This document shows, piece after piece, positions 1-8,673 of a stretch of DNA of 34,033 nt. The notes below the pieces were generated by a model. It was given only the letters and a program-made list of their open reading frames with translations, searched no databases and had not been told where the DNA came from. Source of the DNA: Candidatus Zhuqueibacterota bacterium 4484_87 (GTDB lineage Bacteria; Zhuqueibacterota; Zhuqueibacteria; Thermofontimicrobiales; Thermofontimicrobiaceae). The stretch's first letter is position 1. The number at the start of each line of letters is the position of its first letter. Position numbers and translations under genes: made by a program. Location: assembly GCA_002085355.1 (NCBI GenBank), contig NATN01000012.1, forward strand, positions 1 through 34,033, written 5' to 3'.

Positions 1-918
1 CGATTCCGTGTGTCTATTTTGCCAATTGTTACTTCCCAATACAATCGAAAATACGAAAGCGTCGTCATTCGCGTGCTCGATGACCGCAAAGTAATAAAAA
101 ATCTGGATGCCCTTGGATTTGATGAAATAGCCAAACGCGAGTTTGTTAGCGCGATAAAAAAACCACAGGGAATGGTAATCCTGACAGGGCCTACAGGAAG
201 CGGTAAGAGCACAACTTTAGTAGCTGCTCTGAACTATGTGATGAATCCCGAGCTCAATGTACTGACGGTTGAGGACCCGGTGGAATACAACATTCGAGGC
301 GCGAGGCAGTTGAAGATCAGCCACAAAATGGACTTTGATCAGGCAATTCGGGCAATTTTGCGGCATGACCCGGACATCGTCATGGTGGGTGAGATCCGTG
401 ATGCGAAAACGGCTGAGATTGGTATCAAATTGGCAAACACGGGTCATTTAACCTTCAGCACCTTGCATACGAACGATTCAGCCAGCGTTGTTTCACGACT
501 ATACAAAATGGGAATCGAACCCTTTTTGATCGCCTATGCCATCAATTTGGTTGTGGCGCAGCGCCTTGTACGGAAATTGTGTCCGCACTGTCGTAAGCCA
601 ATCAGTGAAAGCGAAAAAGAGAATGCGTTACAGTTAGGAATCACAGAAGAGGAATTGGAGAAAGCAACAATTTATGAGCCTGTTGGTTGTGACAAATGCA
701 ATAGAGGCTACAAAGGAAGAATGGGAATTTACGAAGCGCTCCCATTTACACATGAGATCAGAAAAATTATTTTAAAGGCATCACAAGAATTAGATGAAGA
801 TGCCGTCAGAGAAGCAGCCCAAAGGCATGGGATGCTTACACTAAGGCAGTCAGCAATTCGGCTGGCATTACAAGGAGTAACCAGTCTGGAAGAAGTAGCT
901 GCCGTAACTTCAGAATAA
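1..918 (+). CDS. pilB: Type IV pilus assembly ATPase, PilB/GspE family (5' part lies upstream of the window)
   Basis: Frame is open from base 1 (RFRVSILP...). Walker A GPTGSGKST, Asp box TVEDPVEY, Walker B LRHDPDIVMVGEIRD, His box TGHLTFSTLHTND, and Zn tetracysteine CPHC...CDKC, which marks extension ATPases. Confidence 0.93.
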   Translation, partial: RFRVSILPIVTSQYNRKYESVVIRVLDDRKVIKNLDALGFDEIAKREFVSAIKKPQGMVILTGPTGSGKSTTLVAALNYVMNPELNVLTVEDPVEYNIRGARQLKISHKMDFDQAIRAILRHDPDIVMVGEIRDAKTAEIGIKLANTGHLTFSTLHTNDSASVVSRLYKMGIEPFLIAYAINLVVAQRLVRKLCPHCRKPISESEKENALQLGITEEELEKATIYEPVGCDKCNRGYKGRMGIYEALPFTHEIRKIILKASQELDEDAVREAAQRHGMLTLRQSAIRLALQGVTSLEEVAAVTSE

Positions 919-935
919 GAAAGCAGAGGAATGAC

Positions 936-1337
936 ATGGGAAAAGTACTATTGGTTGATGACGATCCTGTCATGCAACGTTATACGGGGCACATTTTGGA
1001 AAAGGGCGGTTTTGATCTTGATACGGCATCTGATGCCTTCGAGGCCATCAATAAAGCGCAACAAATTTCGTATGATCTGGTAGTTGTTGACTTGGTTCTC
1101 CCTGGTCCTTTGAATGGCGTTGATACAATCAGAGAAATCCGAAAAAGCTCTCCGTCGGCTAAAATTATCGCCTATTCAGGGTTCAGCGACAATGATATCA
1201 CGGAAAGAGTTTCGCTTGCAGGCGCCGATCATTTTTTAACAAAACCATTTAAACCAAATGAATTAATGGCTCTCATTCGGGGGAAAGCTGAAAATGAGAT
1301 CGCCACTAAAAGCGATCTTAACATTCAATTTGCTTAA
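936..1337 (+). CDS. Single-domain response regulator (CheY-like receiver), copy 1
   Basis: VLLVDDD, phosphoacceptor in VVVDLVLP, IIAYSG, FLTKPF. No output domain. GAGGA RBS upstream. Confidence 0.92.
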   Translation: MGKVLLVDDDPVMQRYTGHILEKGGFDLDTASDAFEAINKAQQISYDLVVVDLVLPGPLNGVDTIREIRKSSPSAKIIAYSGFSDNDITERVSLAGADHFLTKPFKPNELMALIRGKAENEIATKSDLNIQFA

Positions 1338-1384
1338 AACACGAAAGGAATCTTTATCATCAACAACTGTGAGGAGGATGCGTA

Positions 1385-1741
1385 ATGGGCAAAATTTTAA
1401 TTGTCGATGACGAGAAGGACATGTGCGAAGTTCTGGCACAATATTTCTCCAGTGAGGGGCATGAGGTGGATTGTGCTTATGATGCGGAACAGGCAATTCA
1501 TAAATCACAAAATAAAAAATACCATTTTGCGCTCGTTGATCTGGTTATGCCGGGCCGCATGAATGGCATTGATGTGATTCGCCAAATTAAGCAGGATTCA
1601 CCAAAAACAAAAATCATCGCATATTCAGGATTTTGCGATCTGGATATTGCGGACAGAGTTGTGAATGCCGGCGCAAATCATTTCCTGACAAAGCCATTTA
1701 AGCAACAACAGTTATCGTATCTTATGTTTAACACGAATTAG
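1385..1741 (+). CDS. Single-domain response regulator (CheY-like receiver), copy 2
   Basis: ILIVDDE, ALVDLVMP, IIAYSG, FLTKPF. GAGGAGG RBS upstream. Confidence 0.92.
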   Translation: MGKILIVDDEKDMCEVLAQYFSSEGHEVDCAYDAEQAIHKSQNKKYHFALVDLVMPGRMNGIDVIRQIKQDSPKTKIIAYSGFCDLDIADRVVNAGANHFLTKPFKQQQLSYLMFNTN

Positions 1742-1799
1742 AAAACAGTAAATAATAGGTGACAGTAAAGCCAGACAATTAAATCGCGGAGTAAAAAAA

Positions 1800-2189
1800 A
1801 TGGCAAGGATACTAATCATCGACGACGAAGTGGAAATGCGGGATATTTCGTCTCAAATTTTCGAACTGGAGGGACATGACGTTTCAACTTCTGCTGACGC
1901 AGAGGATGCAGTTTTCAAAATAAAAAATAACAAATACGATGTTCTATTGGTTGACCTTGTATTGCCCGGCAAGATGAATGGGCTGGACATAATCAAACAG
2001 GCGCGGATCAATATGCCTCGGGCGCACATCATCGCATATTCCGGTTTTAGCGGTCACGACATAACTGAAAAAGTCATTCGTGCCGGAGCGGATAATTTTA
2101 TCACTAAACCGTTTAAGCGAAAGGAATTGGTGGATTTGGTAAATGCATTTGTGTATCGAAGTAATGATAAATCAGCGATCATTCAATAA
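1800..2189 (+). CDS. Single-domain response regulator (CheY-like receiver), copy 3
   Basis: ILIIDDE, LLVDLVLP, IIAYSG, FITKPF. GGAG RBS upstream. Confidence 0.92.
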   Translation: MARILIIDDEVEMRDISSQIFELEGHDVSTSADAEDAVFKIKNNKYDVLLVDLVLPGKMNGLDIIKQARINMPRAHIIAYSGFSGHDITEKVIRAGADNFITKPFKRKELVDLVNAFVYRSNDKSAIIQ

Positions 2190-2240
2190 ACAGGACGAAA
2201 AAGATCAAGACGATGGATTTATTAACAGGTGAATTGAGCG

Positions 2241-3212
2241 ATGCAAAAATTAAATTCGATTTCAAAAGGAGTTACCAAACTGTCAATGAATATCCACGAT
2301 TATGAACAGATATCATTTCGGCAGGCTCTGAAGTGGTGGAATCTTGTACGCTGGTTATCCACCATCAGTTTTCTCGCGTTGGGAATCATCCAAATAAGCG
2401 CCAGTGGCTTTACTTTTCCTATTCCCGCTTTTGTCTTGACATTGTTGGCAATCACTCTCTTGAACACTGTTTACAGTCTCTGGATCGATCATTTTCATTA
2501 CAACATCATTTTTCCCATTATTCATAATTTGCTGGATATCATCATTTTTTCGATGGCTATTTTTATGACCGGTGGGATTAAAAGTCCCTTTTTGTGGGGC
2601 TATCTTATCCCGATTCTTACGTCAAGTATCACCATAGGCAGGACGATGGGATTTTTTGCTTCATCATTGAGCATTCTCAGTCTGTGGGCTATCTCGCAGC
2701 TTTCGCAGTCTCCCATTATGATAAATTTGAAAGCGAATTATGACGTCTTCAATTACAATCAATTTGAAATAAAAACTCTTCTCTCCTACGCTTGTTTGTT
2801 CTTTCTGGTCTATTTTATTTCGTCTTTTTTGGCAAATTCATTGCGCGAGCAAAATTCAAATCTAAAAGCGCTGAATGAACAATTAATAGACAAAACGAAT
2901 CAGATTTTGAAATCTCAGGAAAAAATATTGGAGATGGAACGTCGCGACACACTTTACCAGGCGGCAATGACAATGCAGCATGAAATCAATAATCCTCTGA
3001 CTATTGTATCGCTGAACACCGAAATGTTGGTTAAGGAAACTCCTTACGTCAACCCAAAACGGATTAAGACCATTAATGATTCAATTGAGAGAATCAAAAA
3101 CATTTTAAATAAAATGCGCTCACTACAGGCAAAATCTCTGAAAAAACGGGATGCGCTGAGTGGGCTGGAAATTTTTGAATTAAATGAAAACGAAAATCAG
3201 ATAATTTTGTGA
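2241..3212 (+). CDS. Polytopic membrane protein with PilS-like sensor region and HisKA (DHp) domain but no HATPase domain
   Basis: About 6 hydrophobic segments including PilS-like MTGGIKSPFLWGYLIPIL, a coiled coil, and H-box QHEINNPL (His247). The protein ends about 75 aa later with no N/G1/F/G2 boxes. The start could instead be the ATG at 2286. Confidence 0.8.
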   Translation: MQKLNSISKGVTKLSMNIHDYEQISFRQALKWWNLVRWLSTISFLALGIIQISASGFTFPIPAFVLTLLAITLLNTVYSLWIDHFHYNIIFPIIHNLLDIIIFSMAIFMTGGIKSPFLWGYLIPILTSSITIGRTMGFFASSLSILSLWAISQLSQSPIMINLKANYDVFNYNQFEIKTLLSYACLFFLVYFISSFLANSLREQNSNLKALNEQLIDKTNQILKSQEKILEMERRDTLYQAAMTMQHEINNPLTIVSLNTEMLVKETPYVNPKRIKTINDSIERIKNILNKMRSLQAKSLKKRDALSGLEIFELNENENQIIL

Positions 3213-3213
3213 A

Positions 3214-4431
3214 ATGGAAAATTTGAATAAAATATTTGATAAAATCTTGGAAAATGTCCCGGATTATGCAACAGATATTGAGCGACAGGTATTGATTCGT
3301 CGAGGCATCAAATCTTTGACTCCGAACGAATTGAATGTGATCATTTCACAAATTAATAACTATTTGATCTTTATGCGCGAATCAGAAGCGTCAGACATTG
3401 AAATCGGTGGCTCTACAGCACTCGGACGGATCTGGTTTCGCGTGTACGGAGAGAAAAAGCCTTATCCTGAATTAGGGCTCTTTACGCAGGATCAGACAAA
3501 TATTTTTTGCCAGGCGATTTTAAGCGATAAACAATGGGAGCGCCTTTTGGATTGGCGTGCAACTGATTTCTCCCATCTCATTGAAAAAGACGGCACACTC
3601 TACCGTTGGCGCGCCACCGTTTATTTTGACATGGGACATTTAGCGCTCAACATGCGCGCTATTTCAGATAAAATTTATCCTTTCGCAAGCTATCAATTTG
3701 CCCCCGGCGTAGCAAAGCATTTATCGCTGGGGCATGAAAAACAGGGTCTGGTGCTCATCACAGGCATCACTGGCAGCGGGAAAAGCACAACCATGGACAG
3801 TATCATTGACGCTAACAATCGCAGCTTTTCCGGTCATATTGTCATCATTGGGGATCCAATAGAGCAGATCCACCAGTCAAAAAAGTGCATCGTCCGGCAC
3901 CGCGAAGTAGGTAGAGATGTACTTTCTTTCAAAGATGGAGCTGTTCAGGCGCTGCGCCAGGACCCGGACATAATCGTTGTCGGCGAAATGAGAGATTCGG
4001 AAACGATTATGACTTGTCTTGAAATTACAGACACAGGGCATAAAGTATTTTCAACATTGCACACAAGTTCTGCGGTGGAAACGATCGACAGAATCATTGC
4101 CGAATGCCCTCCTATCGAACAGGAGCGGGTGCGCAACCGATTGGCTGATGTGCTGAAAGTTATTATTTCGCAAAAATTGGTTCCAACAATCGATGGAAAA
4201 TTAATACTTGCTAAAGAAATAATGGTCGTTGACAGCGCTGTGAAAGCAGCAATTCGTAACAATAATACCCATGAAATTTACCAGATGATCAGCGAACGCG
4301 GTCATTTGGGAATGACCACGCTTGAACAAGATTTAGTTCGACTATACAGAAACAGGCAAATTTCAAAAGAAAATGTGTATAACTTTGCAAATAACAAAAA
4401 ACGAGCGCATGAATTAATGACTTCTGAATAA
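3214..4431 (+). CDS. pilT: PilT/PilU-family pilus retraction ATPase
   Basis: Walker A GITGSGKST, GDPIE, ALRQDPDIIVVGEMRD, TGHKVFSTLHT, AIRNLIRE-like AVKAAIRNN, GMTTLEQDL. No tetracysteine motif. Confidence 0.9.
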   Translation: MENLNKIFDKILENVPDYATDIERQVLIRRGIKSLTPNELNVIISQINNYLIFMRESEASDIEIGGSTALGRIWFRVYGEKKPYPELGLFTQDQTNIFCQAILSDKQWERLLDWRATDFSHLIEKDGTLYRWRATVYFDMGHLALNMRAISDKIYPFASYQFAPGVAKHLSLGHEKQGLVLITGITGSGKSTTMDSIIDANNRSFSGHIVIIGDPIEQIHQSKKCIVRHREVGRDVLSFKDGAVQALRQDPDIIVVGEMRDSETIMTCLEITDTGHKVFSTLHTSSAVETIDRIIAECPPIEQERVRNRLADVLKVIISQKLVPTIDGKLILAKEIMVVDSAVKAAIRNNNTHEIYQMISERGHLGMTTLEQDLVRLYRNRQISKENVYNFANNKKRAHELMTSE

Positions 4432-4447
4432 GTGAATTGAGGGAACG

Positions 4448-6040
4448 ATGGACAAATTAGCTTTAGGAATTTATTTTGATGGACTTTACGTCCACGCTGC
4501 GCTTGTGAAAAAAGAACACGGCTTAATTTCCATAGAGTCGCTGGAATCTTTCCGGCTTTACGATTCGCTGGAGCAGACAGAAGAGATCGAAAACAGCGAC
4601 CTGCCGCAAAATGGTGAACAACCAACAAATCCAGAAGATCCGTTTGGTTTTGATCTTGATGGATCTGCCCAATCAGGTGATGTCACTGAGGCAAGGGGCA
4701 ATATTGACGTCATCGTTGAAATGCTGGCAAAAATGGCGCCGGAAGGCTGCCCTATCGCCTTTAATTTGCACAATTCCAATGTCATCTACACTGTCGTCGA
4801 TGTTGACAAAAAGGTATCGAAATCTCAGCTAAAAAAACTCATCGCGGAAGAATTAGCAAAGGCAAACGAACAGGAATCCGTTTCCGGACAGATTGGTTTC
4901 GCGCCAATCGCTGATTTAAGTTATCTGGGCGTTGTTCATAAAGACCCATTAATTTTCGCAAATTTACTATCAGAAGCTGTCCGCCTGATGCATCGACAGT
5001 CTCAACCGATCAAATTGATTGATACCATTGAATTTTCATTGGCAGAGCTTGTCCATGAAACTTATCAGTTATCTGATGTGGACAGAACAGCCGTCGTCCT
5101 GTTCAGCCAAAATTTCACAAAAATTTTCTTCATGAAGGGCTCGAAAATCGATTACATTTTGCCAACCATTCACATCGGCATTCGATCGAGCAAAATTTGC
5201 GAAACCGCATTTTCAAAACTGTTATACGAATTAGATTTCAAAGGGCTTGAACTACCGCGGCAGATCGTGCTGACAGGAGAAGTTGATGCGATAGATGCGG
5301 AAGATTTTTTCCAGACAAAATTCCCGAACATTAACATCGTGAAATTTGAAGTCAGTGAATCCTATCTCGCGCCGCATCTTCAAGGCTTGGCAGGCAAAAC
5401 CTCGCCCTACAGCGTTGCCATTGCTCTGGCAACAAAAGTCTTGCGTCCCAAAAAAGAAAGAATTTACAAAAACAACTTTGTTCCGAAAAAAGTCAGGGAA
5501 CAGCAATCCCAATTTGTTATTGCCTGGCATGGCTTTGCCATGATAGGTCTGGTTTTTTTGACGCTCATTTTGCTTTTTTTAAAATCTTCGGCGATCAATA
5601 GCGATATTGCCAAAGTGAAAAATTCACTTGAAGAAATCAATTTTGATCTGTCGCAGCTCAAAAACGTTGAGCATGATGTGGATAGCCTGCGTCTGGAAAT
5701 TAGCCATTTGGAAAAAGGAACATCACTGATTGATTCGTTATCGGCTGTTACAACTCGTTGGACGCCCTTGATAAAAACCTTCTCTGATGCGTATGAAAAA
5801 ATTGGGAAATTTACTATCAAAAAATTTGAAAGCGTCAGCGATGAAAAAATGGTTGTGAGTCTGAATTTGTCAAGATTGGAGCAAGTCGCCCTGCTGGAAA
5901 GATTTATCTCTGATAGCAAGGTTCTGTCAGTGGGTCGTCAGAAAACCGAAGATCAAGGCGAAATACTGGAAATGACAATCGAATGCGATTTGAGTCATCA
6001 GAAATTAAAAAAGCCTGAAGCGGCAAAAATAAATAATTAA
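4448..6040 (+). CDS. PilM-like (actin-fold) plus PilN-like fusion protein
   Basis: N-terminal LGIYFDG strand, IVLTGE and PYSVAIALA motifs as in PilM. Then NNFVP (PilN INLLP-like), one TM helix and a coiled coil. Position between pilT and the pilO/secretin genes fits. Confidence 0.7.
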   Translation: MDKLALGIYFDGLYVHAALVKKEHGLISIESLESFRLYDSLEQTEEIENSDLPQNGEQPTNPEDPFGFDLDGSAQSGDVTEARGNIDVIVEMLAKMAPEGCPIAFNLHNSNVIYTVVDVDKKVSKSQLKKLIAEELAKANEQESVSGQIGFAPIADLSYLGVVHKDPLIFANLLSEAVRLMHRQSQPIKLIDTIEFSLAELVHETYQLSDVDRTAVVLFSQNFTKIFFMKGSKIDYILPTIHIGIRSSKICETAFSKLLYELDFKGLELPRQIVLTGEVDAIDAEDFFQTKFPNINIVKFEVSESYLAPHLQGLAGKTSPYSVAIALATKVLRPKKERIYKNNFVPKKVREQQSQFVIAWHGFAMIGLVFLTLILLFLKSSAINSDIAKVKNSLEEINFDLSQLKNVEHDVDSLRLEISHLEKGTSLIDSLSAVTTRWTPLIKTFSDAYEKIGKFTIKKFESVSDEKMVVSLNLSRLEQVALLERFISDSKVLSVGRQKTEDQGEILEMTIECDLSHQKLKKPEAAKINN

Positions 6041-6058
6041 ACTGGTCTGATAAAAGCC

Positions 6059-7030
6059 ATGAATAAGATTGTAAGAAATACACTTATTTTGTCCTCTGTA
6101 TGGGTATTGATGCTGATTATTGGTCTGGTGTATATTTATGGTCACCAGAAAAAAATACTCGACAAACTCAGTGCAGAGGAAAAGAAAAAATCAGAACGAT
6201 TGGAGGATCTACGTTCTCTTCAAAGTGATTTATCAGAATTGCTCTCCTATTACAATCAGTTAAAGGAAAACAGTTTGCGCTTCAAAGGGACGCTGGCTTC
6301 GTTTGTTTCTCCGGGCGAAACATTTGATTACATTCGTCGCGAGCTGTTGAGGACAAATTCTTCGATCAAACTGGATATGGACTTTGAGAGTGAATCACCA
6401 TTTAAAAATATGATTAAACGGAATTATAATTTGAAAGGTACTGGGAAATTTACCGATATTTATAGTTTCATCTGGTTTCTGGAAAATGGACCAGTCTTTT
6501 ATAATTTAACATCATTGACTGTTGAAAAGCTTGATCCAACAGCGAGCGCAGAAATTGAATTCACTCAGGCAGACGAAGCTACATTCAACTTCAGCCTCAT
6601 CGGTTATGATCGCAAAGAAGGCCCTAAAATCGCTGAAATTAACAATGAGTACGGAGAGCCAGAGCATATCGTCAATTTGCTTGAGGAGATAAATCCGTTT
6701 CGCAAAGCAACTGTCAAAGCTCGTCCGTCTCAATACGCAAACAATTCGCCGGCTCCAGTGAAAAGACCATATACAGCGCGCGCATTGGAGACAAACAGAC
6801 AGTCCGCTGCTCCAAAATTACCGGAAATAAACAGCGCGTGCGAAGTTTTAGCAATTACCCCTTTTTCTGTACTCATCAAAGAAGCGAATGGTAAAATAGT
6901 AAAACTCCGCAAAGGCGACAAAATTTACGGCGGGACCTTAACTTCATTGGACGCAAAAACAGGAAAGGCAATTTTTCAGTATGACAATTCATCAGGATCG
7001 AGAAAAGTTGTATTAACAATGCAAAAATAG
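6059..7030 (+). CDS. PilO-like protein with C-terminal PilP/GspC-like beta domain
   Basis: N-terminal TM, coiled coil, and YNLKGTGKFTDIYSFIWFLEN (PilO-like). Then an NPF motif, a linker and VLIKEANGKIVKLRKGDKIYGG (PilP-like). Confidence 0.65.
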   Translation: MNKIVRNTLILSSVWVLMLIIGLVYIYGHQKKILDKLSAEEKKKSERLEDLRSLQSDLSELLSYYNQLKENSLRFKGTLASFVSPGETFDYIRRELLRTNSSIKLDMDFESESPFKNMIKRNYNLKGTGKFTDIYSFIWFLENGPVFYNLTSLTVEKLDPTASAEIEFTQADEATFNFSLIGYDRKEGPKIAEINNEYGEPEHIVNLLEEINPFRKATVKARPSQYANNSPAPVKRPYTARALETNRQSAAPKLPEINSACEVLAITPFSVLIKEANGKIVKLRKGDKIYGGTLTSLDAKTGKAIFQYDNSSGSRKVVLTMQK

Positions 7031-7032
7031 AG

Positions 7033-8670
7033 ATGACAACTATGAGAAAGATGATAATGACAACAGGCGTGGCGATGTGTATTTTTCTCACTGCCGCACT
7101 TTTTGCTCAAAATGAACTACCGCGAGAATACACGCCGCCCGAAGAGTTAATTTCACTCAACAGTGAAATTGACATTGCAACAGCTCTGGATTTATTGAGC
7201 GAATATGCAATCCAATTCGCCAGGAAACCCATTTACGATCCGGAAAAGCATACCGGCCCCATCGGCGTGGACATTCGCAGCATTGCGTGGAAAAAAGCGC
7301 TCGGATTAATTCTCAGCAGGCGCGGACTCTGGTACGTTGAAAAACCGCGTTACATTGAAATCGTCAATGCCGACGAGTATGAATCCAGACTCACGGGTGG
7401 AGACAATTTAAAGCTCGGTGCTGGAGAAGACCTCAAGCCAAATAGCCGGGAAGTAAAGATTGAGACTGTGTTTTTTGAAGGCGACAGAAAAGCATTGAAA
7501 GAAATCGGATTGGATTGGAGTACATTTTATCAAGGAAAAGTTTTCATCGATGCAAATCAGTTGGGTTCGCTGGACATCACTGACAACATGTTTAGCGTTG
7601 GTGCGCGAATCCCGAAAAATGTTGTTGGAGTAGATTTAGAGCTATTGTTAAAAGCATTTGATTCAAAAAAAATCGGCAAAGTGCTGGCGCAGCCGCAGGT
7701 CGTCGTCACTGAAGGAAAAGAAGGCGTCATTCAAGTCGGTCAAGATTTTTCGATAAAAGAACGGGATTTTGCCGGAAATGTCATCGATCGATTTTACAGC
7801 ACTGGTACGATTCTCAGAGTGATGCCCTATGTCATTCAAAAATCAGGCCCGGATGGTAAACCCCTTGAGCCAGTCATTTTTCTGAAAATTCACGTTGAGC
7901 GCAGCACTGCCCACCCGGATGTCGTAAGCACAATTATCAACAAATCCCAGGCAAATTCATATTTACAACTTTACGATGGCGAAGAAACCCTGATTGCTGG
8001 CCTGTACTCCACCGAAAAAAATAGTGTGCGCAAAGGAGTGCCGATTTTGAAGGATATGCCCTGGTGGTTCTTTGGTTTTCCCTACATTTTTGGTTACAAC
8101 CGCACAGAAGAAAACGAGAAAGAATTGGTTATTATCATCAAAGCAAGCCTGTTGAAAGATGTACTAACGAGGCAAAAAGTAACTAAAACGAATGCACTCA
8201 ATTTAAGTCATACAGTAGCACAAAATTACCAAAGCGACTCATTTATCAGAAATGACTTTTCTCAAGTTAATGTCTATCAAAACACTCCGGTGCAGGATTT
8301 TAAGGTTACCACAAATCCGGAGGCAGCGATGATCTCGCAACCCTCATCAATGCCGATACAATCAACAGCGCCGATAGTACAAAATTATAGTCCGCTTCCA
8401 AAATATTGTTTGGGAAAGGTAGTCAAAATAAAGGACCAATTTGCCCTAATCAATTGGCAAAGCAAACCGGAAGTTTTAAATATCGACGGAAGAACAGCAT
8501 CTGTTGTGAGAAAATCAAACAGCAATCGAAAAGTAACAATTATTGGAATAGCCAAAATTCTCGGTACAAGGCAGAATCGATCTGTCGCTAAAATTGCTAA
8601 AAAGAGGCTCAATTCACAAATTCGTGCCGGGGATTTCATTGTTGTCAAACTTAATGCAACTGAGGATTAA
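7033..8670 (+). CDS. pilQ: Outer-membrane secretin (PilQ/GspD family) with C-terminal extension
   Basis: Signal peptide (..ALFA|QN), REVKIETVFFE, KVLAQPQVVVTEGKEGVIQVGQ, GTILRVMP, DGEETLIAGL, GVPILKDMP, KELVIIIKA. Confidence 0.88.
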   Translation: MTTMRKMIMTTGVAMCIFLTAALFAQNELPREYTPPEELISLNSEIDIATALDLLSEYAIQFARKPIYDPEKHTGPIGVDIRSIAWKKALGLILSRRGLWYVEKPRYIEIVNADEYESRLTGGDNLKLGAGEDLKPNSREVKIETVFFEGDRKALKEIGLDWSTFYQGKVFIDANQLGSLDITDNMFSVGARIPKNVVGVDLELLLKAFDSKKIGKVLAQPQVVVTEGKEGVIQVGQDFSIKERDFAGNVIDRFYSTGTILRVMPYVIQKSGPDGKPLEPVIFLKIHVERSTAHPDVVSTIINKSQANSYLQLYDGEETLIAGLYSTEKNSVRKGVPILKDMPWWFFGFPYIFGYNRTEENEKELVIIIKASLLKDVLTRQKVTKTNALNLSHTVAQNYQSDSFIRNDFSQVNVYQNTPVQDFKVTTNPEAAMISQPSSMPIQSTAPIVQNYSPLPKYCLGKVVKIKDQFALINWQSKPEVLNIDGRTASVVRKSNSNRKVTIIGIAKILGTRQNRSVAKIAKKRLNSQIRAGDFIVVKLNATED

Positions 8671-8673
8671 AAA

